A stretch of 35,392 bases of DNA, from the NCBI GenBank assembly GCA_015485845.1, contig WFSU01000010.1, positions 1 through 35,392 of the forward strand. The letters are read 5' to 3'. Under the pieces are notes generated by a model. The model was not told the origin of the DNA, did not search any database, and worked only from the letters and a program-made list of their open reading frames with translations. The number at the start of each line of letters is the position of its first letter. Position 1 is the first letter of the stretch. Position numbers and translations under genes: made by a program. Positions 15,033 to 23,625 of this stretch are shown piece by piece. The stretch is from Nitratifractor sp. GTDB taxonomy: Bacteria; Campylobacterota; Campylobacteria; Campylobacterales; Sulfurovaceae.

Positions 15033-16367
15033 ATGGCAAAAAACATCATCGAAAAAGCACCGTTTGTATTTGATGTCTCTCAGATTAAAGAGATGTTTGA
15101 TGTCAAATATAGCGAGCGATACAGAGAAGTGGACAAAAAGGGAAGATATCTCTATTGGGACAAATTTAGATACCGAGTCGATGAAGATGACGACCCTCAA
15201 AAAGCATGGTGGGCGGTCAAATTTGCCAGAAACAATATCCGTAAACCGATCATGCTGTTTGATAAGAATAATGAGCCGTTTTATTATTGTCTTCCTGATT
15301 CTTTAGAAGCAAAACTCTATACGATATCGGAGCGATCGAGGCGAGGTATCACCCCGATCGATGCGATAAAACGCGATTTTCTTATCTCGTCTCTTATTGC
15401 AGAGGAAGCGATCAGCAGTTCTCAGCTGGAAGGGGCTTCGACGACACGAAAAGTAGCCAAAGAGATGTTGGCTCACAGAAGAAAGCCTCAAAACAAAGAC
15501 GAAGAGATGATTCTTAACAACTACTTGCTGATGCAGGAGATTAAACGGATCAAAGATGAAGAGTTGAGTGTTGATATGATTTTGGATTTGCATGCTATTG
15601 CGACCAGAGGTAATCACACCAACGGCAATATTCCAGGAAGGCTTAGAACAAGCGATGAGATCGTTATCATGGATCGAGAAGACAATATTCTACACAAGCC
15701 ACCCGAGTATGGCACGCTTATCTCACGACTGCAGAGATTGTGCAATTTTGCCAATGAGCGTCATCTGGGTGAGGAAAATAGGGAATTCATCAATCCGATT
15801 GTCAAGGCGATGATTCTGCACTTCATGATTGGATACGAGCACCCTTTTGCGGATGGAAATGGTCGGACAGCCAGAGCGTTATTTTATTGGTACATGCTTA
15901 AGAGCGGTTTTGATTTTTTTGAATATATCTCGATCAGCTCCCTACTCAAAGAAGCACCCAAGCAATACACGCTTGCCTATCTTTACAGCGAGATGGATGA
16001 TAATGATTTGACCTATTTTCTCTATTATCAGGCTGATATTATCTTGAGGGCGATAGATGCTTTGTTTGGCTATCTTGAAAAGAAGAGTGAGGAATTTGAA
16101 GAGATGACCGAGATTTTGAGGGGGACTTCATTAGCCGAGGCACTCAATTTTGTCCAAAAGGACATCATCAAAAAAGCAATCAAGCATCCCGGACGTGTCT
16201 TTAATGCGCTTGAGATCTCAGCTGATTATGACATATCGCCCAATACGGCTAGAAAATATCTCAATGAGTTGGAGGAGTATAAGCTACTGGTGCGTGTGAA
16301 ACAGGGCAAGCTGATGACATATATCGCTCCGGCGAATTTGCAGGCGCTTCTCAAATCGTATTCATAG
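15033..16367 (+). CDS. class II Fic-family protein (AMPylase-type) with N-terminal inhibitory motif and C-terminal wHTH-like region
   Basis: 444 aa. Fic motif HPFADGNGRTARA. Upstream inhibitory-helix motif SSQLEG ([S/T]xxxE[G/N]). The region is visibly more AT-rich than its flanks (judged by eye, not computed). Confidence 0.9.
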   Translation: MAKNIIEKAPFVFDVSQIKEMFDVKYSERYREVDKKGRYLYWDKFRYRVDEDDDPQKAWWAVKFARNNIRKPIMLFDKNNEPFYYCLPDSLEAKLYTISERSRRGITPIDAIKRDFLISSLIAEEAISSSQLEGASTTRKVAKEMLAHRRKPQNKDEEMILNNYLLMQEIKRIKDEELSVDMILDLHAIATRGNHTNGNIPGRLRTSDEIVIMDREDNILHKPPEYGTLISRLQRLCNFANERHLGEENREFINPIVKAMILHFMIGYEHPFADGNGRTARALFYWYMLKSGFDFFEYISISSLLKEAPKQYTLAYLYSEMDDNDLTYFLYYQADIILRAIDALFGYLEKKSEEFEEMTEILRGTSLAEALNFVQKDIIKKAIKHPGRVFNALEISADYDISPNTARKYLNELEEYKLLVRVKQGKLMTYIAPANLQALLKSYS

Positions 16368-16485
16368 GAGAGCAAATGTGTTGAGTTTTGTGACAGTATG
16401 GCACACAAAAAGAAGCTCTGAACTCAAAAAAACATGGTCTAAACTCACCAATTTATCGGTATTTTATGACAGTAGGTATTTTTTT

Positions 16486-16509
16486 AACTCAAAATCACAA
16501 ATTTGAGTT
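16486..16509. repeat. second copy of the fic-flanking palindrome (AACTCAAAATCACAAATTTGAGTT)
   Basis: Matches 14997-15019 at 21 of 23 positions, in the same orientation, 119 nt after the fic stop. Extra AACTCA half-sites at about 16421 and 16442. Confidence 0.7.
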
Positions 16510-16649
16510 GAATAAAAAATCAGCCCACCCAAAGCAAAAGTGACTATATTTCTCTTTAACTAAACCTTCCGGACACAATTGTCGCTATCAAGCAAAACCT
16601 CTTTTGGTAAGAAAATGGAAGGTCAAATCCGTTTGAAGTAAGGAATCTC

Positions 16650-17909
16650 ATGCTCACAACGCTCATGGCTGTCTACACACTCTACACATTACTTCGCGTC
16701 TACATCTCCGTGATGCAGATCGGCTACATCAATCAGGAGAAGCGAAGCGAGCCGGTGCTGATGGGGGCGGGGCGGTATCTGGTCTCGGGCAATTATGCCG
16801 TCGCCAAAGAAAAAGTAGCACTCCTCAGTCACCTCGTGGAGTATTTGCTCTTTGTGTGGTGGGTGCTCGGCGGGTTTGCGTGGCTGCAAGGGATGACAGG
16901 CGTGGAGGATACGGTGGGGAGCGCTGTGGTGTTTCTCCTTGGATTTTTTGCGGTTAATTACCTCGTGATGCTCCCGTTTGATCTCTACACCACCTTTAAG
17001 ATTGATGAAGCGTTTGGCTTCAACAAAATGACCCCCCGGATGTATCTGATCGATACGATCAAGCAGATGGTGTTGTTTGCCGTCATCGGCGGGGCAGTGC
17101 TCGGAGGGCTGGCGTGGATCATTTCGCGCATCGATAATTGGTGGCTTTATGGGTTTGCGCTGCTGTTTTCCGTCGTGGTGGCAGCCAATGTACTGATGCC
17201 GTTTTTCATGGGGCTCTTTAACAAGTTTACTCCGCTTGAGGAGGGTGATCTGCGTCGCGCGATCGAAGTGATGATGGAGAAGGCCGGATTGCGCAGTGAC
17301 GGGATCTTTGTGATGGATGCGAGTAAGCGAAGCGGCAAACTCAACGCTTTTTTCGGCGGGCTGGGCAAGTCCAAGCGGGTGGTGCTGTTTGATACCCTGC
17401 TGGAGAAACTGAACGATCAGGAGCTCCTTGCCGTGCTGGGGCATGAGCTGGGACATTTCAAGCACGGAGACATCTGGAAAAACATTGCCCTGGTTGGGGT
17501 ACTTCTCTTCGTCGCGTTTTTCTTTTTTGGTCACTTGCCCGATGGGTTGTTTGCGATGATGGGCGCAGCACCCACGGCCGGTGTCAAGATTGCGGTGCTT
17601 CTCTTGCTGTTGCCGGTACTCAGTTTCCTCTTTACTCCTATTATGAGCTATGTTTCGCAACACAACGAATACGCCGCCGATGCCTATGGCTCAGAAGTAG
17701 GCGGCCAAAACCACCTCGTCTCGGCACTGCTCAAGCTTGTAACCGAGAACAAATCCTTCCCCAAATCCCACCCGCTGGTGATCTTCTTCTACCACACCCA
17801 CCCACCGGTACTTGAGCGCCTCAAAGCACTGGGGTTTGACGGGACACTGGTCGACCTGGACGGGGAGTTGCCTTCGGGTGGGATTTTTGAGTTTATTGAC
17901 CACGGATAA
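16650..17909 (+). CDS. M48-family zinc metalloprotease (Ste24/HtpX-like), polytopic membrane protein
   Basis: 419 aa with multiple TM segments. HELGHFKHGD (HExxH) and downstream NEYAADAY. Confidence 0.85.
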   Translation: MLTTLMAVYTLYTLLRVYISVMQIGYINQEKRSEPVLMGAGRYLVSGNYAVAKEKVALLSHLVEYLLFVWWVLGGFAWLQGMTGVEDTVGSAVVFLLGFFAVNYLVMLPFDLYTTFKIDEAFGFNKMTPRMYLIDTIKQMVLFAVIGGAVLGGLAWIISRIDNWWLYGFALLFSVVVAANVLMPFFMGLFNKFTPLEEGDLRRAIEVMMEKAGLRSDGIFVMDASKRSGKLNAFFGGLGKSKRVVLFDTLLEKLNDQELLAVLGHELGHFKHGDIWKNIALVGVLLFVAFFFFGHLPDGLFAMMGAAPTAGVKIAVLLLLLPVLSFLFTPIMSYVSQHNEYAADAYGSEVGGQNHLVSALLKLVTENKSFPKSHPLVIFFYHTHPPVLERLKALGFDGTLVDLDGELPSGGIFEFIDHG

Positions 17910-17914
17910 TATGC

Positions 17915-17920
17915 TATAAT
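17915..17920 (+). promoter_or_regulatory. candidate -10 box for the vapBC-like operon
   Basis: tgCTATAATta lies 28 nt upstream of ATG 17948. Confidence 0.4.
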
Positions 17921-17947
17921 TACTTCAGACAAAACAAAAGGATTGTG

Positions 17948-18280
17948 ATGCAGGTGACATTAAATATCCCCAATGAACAACTTTCCGAAAAGATTCTTTG
18001 GTTTTTGGAACATTTCAAGAGTGAGGGACTGGAAATTATGAAGGGGAGAAAAGAAACGTCCTCCTCTACCCCAAAGCATAAAAAAGAGGGGCTTGATTTT
18101 TCATCGATTGATGTCCCGAGCTTTAGGGGAGTTGACGGGATGGAATATCAGAGAAATATTCGTGAAAAAATGGAGCACATTTTTAGCGAAAATTCCGTTC
18201 GTGCTTTCCAGAAGATAAAAGATCCTGTAGCATGGCAACGAAACTTACGTGACGAATGGGAACGCGATGATTCTGCTTGA
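17948..18280 (+). CDS. putative antitoxin of the PIN-toxin operon (family not recognised)
   Basis: 110 aa from ATG 17948. Overlaps the PIN gene start by 14 nt. Internal motif repeat EYQRNIREKME / AWQRNLRDEWE. Confidence 0.55.
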   Translation: MQVTLNIPNEQLSEKILWFLEHFKSEGLEIMKGRKETSSSTPKHKKEGLDFSSIDVPSFRGVDGMEYQRNIREKMEHIFSENSVRAFQKIKDPVAWQRNLRDEWERDDSA

Positions 18281-18629
18281 TAGTAACATTATTATCTACC
18301 TCTCCAAACGAAAACTCTCTGTAGCGGATGTATTTTCTCTGGATGCAACATATGCAGTCTCCATAGTAACATATATGGAAATTTTTTCTTATGTGTTTGC
18401 AGACAAGGCGGAAGAAAAGTTTCTCCGTGACATATTCTCGGTACTCAAGATAATTGATCTTAATCGGGAGATTGCTGAGCATGTTACTGTGATAAGAAAA
18501 CAAAGAAAACTCAAGTTGCCGGATTCTATTATTGTCGCGACGGCTATTGCTGAAGATGCTATGTTGCTGACCGGTGATAAGCAGTTGGCAACGATAGACG
18601 GTATTCGTACGCAACTGATAGCTGTCTGA
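18267..18629 (+). CDS. vapC: PIN-domain toxin (VapC-like)
   Basis: 120 aa from ATG 18267. The N-terminus MILLDSNIIIY carries the first acidic PIN residue. Later LTGDKQL. The 18249 start in the ORF track is less likely. Confidence 0.8.
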   Translation: MILLDSNIIIYLSKRKLSVADVFSLDATYAVSIVTYMEIFSYVFADKAEEKFLRDIFSVLKIIDLNREIAEHVTVIRKQRKLKLPDSIIVATAIAEDAMLLTGDKQLATIDGIRTQLIAV

Positions 18630-18632
18630 TTT

Positions 18633-19466
18633 ATGACCCTTACCCAAGCCCTCATCACCGCTCAACCTCAACTATCCAAAACTGTAGAGCGTCCCCGCCT
18701 CGAAGTGGAATTGCTATTGGCGTACTATCTCGGGGTAGATCGGATGTATCTGTTTACCCATGGGGATGAGGTGTTGGGTGATGCGGTTGGATATGAAGCC
18801 CTCGTGGCACGCCGAGCGAAGCATGAGCCGTTGGAGTACATTACCGGACGGGTGAGTTTCTACGATATTGAACTGTTCATCGCGCCGGGAGCCCTGATCC
18901 CCCGGCCGGAGACAGAAATACTGGTTGAGAAGACAGCAGACATTATTCGACAAAATAGGCTGAAGCAGATCGCGGAGATCGGGATCGGATCCGGGGCGGT
19001 GAGTATCGTACTTGCCCGGATGTTTCCACAGTTGCGCATTGTTGCTTCGGATATTTCTGAGGAGGCACTGGCCATTGCTCGGAAAAATATTAAAGCGTTT
19101 GGGCTGGCTGATCGCATTGCATTGCACCACACTTCCTTACTCGACGGGATAGAAGCACCCATCGAAATGATCGTCTCCAATCCCCCCTACATCGCCCGTG
19201 ATGTAGAGCTCGAACCCAACGTGCAGGACTTCGAGCCTCACACAGCACTGTTCGCAGACGGGGAGGGGGATGCTCTGCTGAAGAAGATTATCTCGCTCTC
19301 AGCCGAGCGGGGTGTATGGTATGTAGCGTGCGAAATGGGGTACGATCAGCGGGAGAGGATTTCAGCTTTTGTTAAAGAACTTGGGGTATATTCGGTGGAC
19401 TTTTATACCGATCTGGCCGGGCTCGATCGGGGGTTTGTCTTGGAAGAATTAGAAATTAGAAGGTAG
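18633..19466 (+). CDS. prmC: peptide chain release factor N5-glutamine methyltransferase
   Basis: 277 aa with IPRPETE, EIGIGSGAVS (SAM binding) and IVSNPPYI (NPPY). Confidence 0.9.
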   Translation: MTLTQALITAQPQLSKTVERPRLEVELLLAYYLGVDRMYLFTHGDEVLGDAVGYEALVARRAKHEPLEYITGRVSFYDIELFIAPGALIPRPETEILVEKTADIIRQNRLKQIAEIGIGSGAVSIVLARMFPQLRIVASDISEEALAIARKNIKAFGLADRIALHHTSLLDGIEAPIEMIVSNPPYIARDVELEPNVQDFEPHTALFADGEGDALLKKIISLSAERGVWYVACEMGYDQRERISAFVKELGVYSVDFYTDLAGLDRGFVLEELEIRR

Positions 19467-19477
19467 AAATTAGAAAT
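19443..19477. repeat. heptamer array, 5 units of TAGAAAT type
   Basis: Units are gaagaat tagaaat tagaagg tagaaat tagaaat. TAG occurs in all three frames. The prmC stop (19464-19466) is the TAG of unit 4, and the last 7 codons of prmC (EELEIRR) are array-encoded. Confidence 0.85.
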
Positions 19478-19539
19478 TTTGGTATGCTTTTCTGTCGAAA
19501 AGCTTTTATCAAAACGAGGCTGGGACTTCAGTCCCACAA
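19475..19539. repeat. 65-bp mosaic repeat copy 1 (AATTTTGG, terminator hairpin, REP-like motif)
   Basis: Aligns with 20072..20135 with a few mismatches and one 1-nt indel. Contains the REP-like motif at 19516-19537 in reverse orientation. Confidence 0.85.
19486..19507 (+). terminator. intrinsic terminator candidate GCTTTTC-TGTC-GAAAAGC-TTTTAT
   Basis: 7-bp stem followed by a T-rich tract, downstream of prmC. Confidence 0.5.
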
Positions 19540-19559
19540 CAATACTGAAAGGTTATAGT

Positions 19560-20039
19560 ATGAAAAAGAATTTTCGAATCGCAACAATGGTCTATTTGAT
19601 CTTCCTCGGGATGATGCTTGGAGCCGTCGTGTATGCCGGGGCGGTGGTGGCTCCGGTAATTTTCGGAAGTGAACAGTGGTTGGGGAGTGAGATCCTCAGT
19701 CGCTATCAGGAAGGGCAGATCATGACACAGAACTTTGTCCGACTCGGGTACGGTTTGACGGTGGTGATGCTTGCGGTGTTTCTCTACGAAGGGTACCGCT
19801 ATAAAATGGGGGAGCACGACAAAGTAGTCACTTCAGTGACGCTGATTGTTCTGGCGACGGCAGCGTTGTTCAATTACTATTACCTCCCCGATATTGTTTC
19901 GATGCAGTCGATGGGGGTTGAAGCAGTGCAAAGTGATGTTTTTGAAAGCCTTCACAAAGGAAGTGAGCTAGATGTCAAGGTGATGGCGGTAGCAATATTG
20001 GCGTTGATGGTACTGAATATGAGGAAAGCATGCAGATAG
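19560..20039 (+). CDS. small integral membrane protein (DUF4149/TMEM205-like)
   Basis: 159 aa from ATG 19560; the longer 19479 start would read through the repeat element. About four hydrophobic segments. Family call from overall pattern only. Confidence 0.5.
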   Translation: MKKNFRIATMVYLIFLGMMLGAVVYAGAVVAPVIFGSEQWLGSEILSRYQEGQIMTQNFVRLGYGLTVVMLAVFLYEGYRYKMGEHDKVVTSVTLIVLATAALFNYYYLPDIVSMQSMGVEAVQSDVFESLHKGSELDVKVMAVAILALMVLNMRKACR

Positions 20040-20044
20040 GTTAA

Positions 20045-20072
20045 GTGAGGAATTAGGAATTAGGAGTGAGGA
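20045..20072. repeat. heptamer array GTGAGGA ATTAGGA ATTAGGA GTGAGGA
   Basis: Four units, each with an AGGA core and a TGA or TAG, beginning 6 nt after the stop of the membrane protein gene. Confidence 0.85.
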
Positions 20073-20135
20073 ATTTTGGTATGCTTTTCTGTGAAAAGCT
20101 TTTATCAGAAAGGGGCTGGGACTTCAGTCCCACAA
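20072..20135. repeat. 65-bp mosaic repeat copy 2
   Basis: See 19475..19539. REP-like motif at 20112-20133. Confidence 0.85.
20083..20104 (+). terminator. intrinsic terminator candidate GCTTTTC-TGT-GAAAAGC-TTTTA
   Basis: 7-bp stem plus T tract, downstream of 19560..20039. Confidence 0.5.
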
Positions 20136-20166
20136 AAAGCGGAACGCTTAATGCGCAGAAGGAGAA

Positions 20167-20673
20167 ATGATGGATGATTCGCGTCAGATGCACCCGTTTG
20201 AACCGATTGTATTCTCCGATACCCGGACGTTGATTCTGGGGTCGTTTCCGAGCATTCAGTCGGTGGCAAATAATTTTTATTATGCCCACCCGCGCAATCA
20301 ATTCTGGCCGATTTTGTCGGCCATTACCGGATATCCGGTGGGGAATCGGGATCAGAAGATCTGGCTGCTCAAGGAGATGAAGCTTGGGGTGTGGGATATG
20401 ATCGCGGCGTGTGTGCGGGACAACTCACTGGACAGTTCGCTGGAGGATGAGGTGGTCAATGATCTGCCCGCACTCCTCGAGCGGTATCCTTCCATCGAAC
20501 GGGTGGCGTTTACCGGGCGCAAAGCGGAGGCGCTTTGGAAGACGCATTTTGATTACCTGGGAGTGGAGACACATTATCTTCCGTCTCCCTCTCCAGCTTA
20601 CGCGGCTATGCGTTTGGAGGAAAAAGCAGCGAGGTGGCAGGATATCCTCGGACTGGATCGGGGGATCGGCTGA
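20167..20673 (+). CDS. uracil-DNA glycosylase superfamily protein, hypoxanthine/deoxyinosine DNA glycosylase-like
   Basis: 168 aa with LILGSFPS and YYAHPRNQFW, which I recall as signatures of the HDG/UDG family 6 group. Confidence 0.6.
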   Translation: MMDDSRQMHPFEPIVFSDTRTLILGSFPSIQSVANNFYYAHPRNQFWPILSAITGYPVGNRDQKIWLLKEMKLGVWDMIAACVRDNSLDSSLEDEVVNDLPALLERYPSIERVAFTGRKAEALWKTHFDYLGVETHYLPSPSPAYAAMRLEEKAARWQDILGLDRGIG

Positions 20674-21557
20674 TGGGTTTGTTTGGGTGGATTGCACGGC
20701 TTTTGGGGCGCAGAGAGGCACGCGTCTGGGCGATCGGGGATATTCAGGGGTGTCACGATGATTTGCAGGCGTTGCTGAAGAAGATCGACTTCGACCCCCG
20801 GTATGACCGTCTCTGGATTGCAGGGGATCTGGTCAACCGGGGTAAAGGGTCGCTCGAGACGCTGGAGTATCTCCACTCCATCCGTGATCGCATCCATGTG
20901 GTACTGGGCAATCACGACGTAACCCTGATCGCAGCCTATTACGGTCTCAAAAAATCGAATCCTACGATCGATCCGATTTTGGACTCTCCCCGTGCCGAAG
21001 AGTTCATCGACTGGCTCCGATCCCAGCCCTTCCTCCATCATGATCCCAAACTGGGCTATGCGATGGCGCATGCAGGAATCTCACCGATGTTTGACTGGGA
21101 ACAGGCGCAAACGTATGCCCGACGTATCGAAGCAAGACTTCAGAGTGGTGAGGTCAAAGCGTGGCTGAAAAAGATGTTTCAAAAAGGGAAAGGTGTGTTT
21201 GACTCGGAAGGGGATGAGATCACCTTGGATCGTTACATCGTCAACAGCTACACCCGTATGCGCTTCTGTGATAAAAAAAGCGGACGTCTCGACTACGATC
21301 AAAAAGGGGTCCCGACGAAAAAAACCGACAAAGCGGGTCTTGTCCCATGGTACAAATGCAAGCACCGGAAACCCCTCCCATACCGCATTATCTTCGGTCA
21401 CTGGTCCACTCTGGGTTATGTCGAAAACAAGAAAGTCATCTGCCTCGATACCGGTTGTGTCTGGCAGGTGAAAATGAGTGCCAAACTCCTCAACGGTGAT
21501 GGCCGGATCGTGCAGGTAAATTGCCCCGACGGCCTTGAGCCGAGGGACGACGTATAG
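20673..21557 (+). CDS. apaH: bis(5'-nucleosyl)-tetraphosphatase, symmetrical
   Basis: 294 aa from ATG 20673, overlapping the upstream stop by 1 nt. Calcineurin-like motifs AIGDIQGC, GDLVNRG and GNHD. Confidence 0.85.
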   Translation: MGLFGWIARLLGRREARVWAIGDIQGCHDDLQALLKKIDFDPRYDRLWIAGDLVNRGKGSLETLEYLHSIRDRIHVVLGNHDVTLIAAYYGLKKSNPTIDPILDSPRAEEFIDWLRSQPFLHHDPKLGYAMAHAGISPMFDWEQAQTYARRIEARLQSGEVKAWLKKMFQKGKGVFDSEGDEITLDRYIVNSYTRMRFCDKKSGRLDYDQKGVPTKKTDKAGLVPWYKCKHRKPLPYRIIFGHWSTLGYVENKKVICLDTGCVWQVKMSAKLLNGDGRIVQVNCPDGLEPRDDV

Positions 21558-21562
21558 CGACG

Positions 21563-22297
21563 ATGACATCAATCGAAACCCTCAATTTTTTTGCCGACAA
21601 AACTATACATGATATCACTACTATGGTACCTCGGGAGTATGGCAACGAAGCCTACCGGATCACAACGGAAGATCAGATCTATGTCGTCCGACGGCTCAAA
21701 CGGGGGGAGACCGATGCTCAGGTAGAGTACCGTGCGGGGAGATTGGCGCATGCCGCCGGAATTGCTCCGGAAATTTTCCTCTATGATGCGGATAGGGCTT
21801 TGATGGTATTGGAGTTTATCCCCGGTGAACATCGCACTCAATTGAACGACGCAGAGATCGCTCATCTTGCGCGTATCCTCCGAAGGCTTCATATGATTTC
21901 CTATCGGGATGAGGATCTTCCGAAAATCGATCTGCGGCACTTAATCGAACCCGATCGATCGGAAATCATCGAAGCATTTGCCATCGTAGAGCATTTCCTT
22001 CCTCAGTTGGCACTGTGCCACCACGACCTCACACCACGCAACATACTCTGGACTCACGAGGAGCCGACGCTGATCGACTTTGAGTTTGCCGGGATTGGGG
22101 ATGTCTGTTTTGATTTGGCGGCTGTGTGCGTAGAGTTTCAGTTGGACAGAGAGGCGTGTGGCGTGTTTCTCTCAGAGTATTTTGGAACAGCATCCTGTCC
22201 CGAAGAGAAACGGTCGGCGTGGGAGACGCTCTACCGGGCACTCCGCCGACAGTGGTTTGCCCGGCATGGGATCAATAGTGTCGATCAGATTCCGTAA
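21563..22297 (+). CDS. APH/choline-kinase-family phosphotransferase
   Basis: 244 aa with [11 protein letters not shown] (catalytic loop) and IDFEFAG (DFE/DFG-like). Confidence 0.6.
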   Translation: MTSIETLNFFADKTIHDITTMVPREYGNEAYRITTEDQIYVVRRLKRGETDAQVEYRAGRLAHAAGIAPEIFLYDADRALMVLEFIPGEHRTQLNDAEIAHLARILRRLHMISYRDEDLPKIDLRHLIEPDRSEIIEAFAIVEHFLPQLALCHHDLTPRNILWTHEEPTLIDFEFAGIGDVCFDLAAVCVEFQLDREACGVFLSEYFGTASCPEEKRSAWETLYRALRRQWFARHGINSVDQIP

Positions 22298-23502
22298 TCG
22301 GCTCCGTATTTCTCCGCGACGAAGTCAATGTCTTTGTCACCACGACCGGAGAGGTTGATGAGGATCGTACCGATGTCGGGGTTGGCTTTGGCGAGGTTGA
22401 ACGCGTGTGCCAGAGCATGGGCTGATTCGATGGCCGGGATGATCCCCTCGAGGCGGGAGAGCTCGAAGAAAGCATCGATCGCCTCTTTGTCACTGACGGT
22501 GCCGTACTGGACGCGGCCGATGTCTTTGAGGTAGCTGTGCTGGGGGCCGACACCGGGGTAGTCAAGTCCGCTGGCGACGGAGTAGACTTTGGCGGGCTCT
22601 CCCTCTTCGTCCTTGAGCATATAGGTTTTGAACCCGTGGATGATCCCCGGCTCACCGAGGGTCAATGTGGCAGCGTGCTCACCCGGCTCCTCGAGGCTGC
22701 GGCCAGAGGGTTCGGCGCCGTGCATGGCGACGGTTTCATCGTTCATAAAGGCGGTGAAGAGCCCCATGGCGTTGCTCCCACCTCCGACGCAGGCGACGAG
22801 ATTGTCGGGGAGTTCGCCGGTCATCTCCTGGAACTGCTCCCGTGCTTCGACGCCAACGATGGATTGGAAATCCCGCACCATTTCAGGGTAGGGGTGTGGG
22901 CCGACGACCGATCCGATCCCGAAAAACTGCGAATCGGGATCGGCCATGTACGCGCCAAAGGCTGAGTCAACCGCCTCTTTGAGTGTCTTGCGTCCGTGGG
23001 AGACCGGGACGACGTTGGCACCGAGGATGCGCATTCGGACGACGTTGGGGTGCTCTTTGGCCATGTCCACTTCGCCCATGTGGATGTCACATTCAAGCCC
23101 TACGAGGGCAGCCGCTGTGGCCAGTGCGACTCCGTGTTGTCCGGCACCGGTTTCGGCGATGAGCTTTTTCTTGCCCATTTTTTTGGCGAGCAGCGCTTCT
23201 CCAAGGGTGTGGTTGATCTTGTGGGCTCCGGTGTGGTTGAGGTCTTCCCGTTTGAGGTAGATGGGGGTGCCGTATTTTTCCGAGAGGTGCCTGGCATGGA
23301 AGATGGGGCTGGGACGCCCGACATAGTGCTGGTAAAGATCGGTCAATTCCGCGATAAAATCGGGGTCTTTGCGGATCTTTTCGTACTCTTCAGCGATGTT
23401 TTTCATGATCGGTTCGAGATCGGGCGGGAGGAAGGCGCCTCCGTATTCGCCAAAGTAGCCGTTTTCGTCGGGTTGGGGACAGTCAAAGATGTTTTGTGCC
23501 AT
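22285..23502 (-). CDS. trpB: tryptophan synthase beta chain
   Basis: 405 aa with HTGAHKINH (PLP lysine) and GGGSNAMG. Its 3' end overlaps the convergent kinase gene by 13 nt. No trpA is adjacent. Confidence 0.95.
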   Translation of the reverse strand: MAQNIFDCPQPDENGYFGEYGGAFLPPDLEPIMKNIAEEYEKIRKDPDFIAELTDLYQHYVGRPSPIFHARHLSEKYGTPIYLKREDLNHTGAHKINHTLGEALLAKKMGKKKLIAETGAGQHGVALATAAALVGLECDIHMGEVDMAKEHPNVVRMRILGANVVPVSHGRKTLKEAVDSAFGAYMADPDSQFFGIGSVVGPHPYPEMVRDFQSIVGVEAREQFQEMTGELPDNLVACVGGGSNAMGLFTAFMNDETVAMHGAEPSGRSLEEPGEHAATLTLGEPGIIHGFKTYMLKDEEGEPAKVYSVASGLDYPGVGPQHSYLKDIGRVQYGTVSDKEAIDAFFELSRLEGIIPAIESAHALAHAFNLAKANPDIGTILINLSGRGDKDIDFVAEKYGADYGI

Positions 23503-23593
23503 GGGGATACTCCTTGGAAGTTTGGTGTAAAAAATTGTACGCCAGATGATATTTCGAATAACTTAGAATTTCATTTCTGGAGGAGGTTTTGGC

Positions 23594-23599
23594 TATAAT
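23594..23599 (+). promoter_or_regulatory. candidate -10 box
   Basis: ggCTATAATta lies about 27 nt upstream of ATG 23626/23629. GAGGAG RBS. Confidence 0.4.
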
Positions 23600-23625
23600 T
23601 ATCCCAATCTACACATCGAGGAGAG

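Noticed and set aside
19479-19559. Upstream extension of the DUF4149-like ORF (MVCFSVEKLLSKRGWDFSPTT...).
   Set aside because: It is a translation of the terminator hairpin and the REP-like motif. The same WDFSPT peptide appears in spurious ORFs at other REP copies (12758-12946 and 25007-25219).
22285-23502. trpB without an adjacent trpA, and its 13-nt convergent overlap with the kinase gene.
   Set aside because: Split trp genes and short convergent overlaps are common. Whether trpA is elsewhere cannot be judged from one window.
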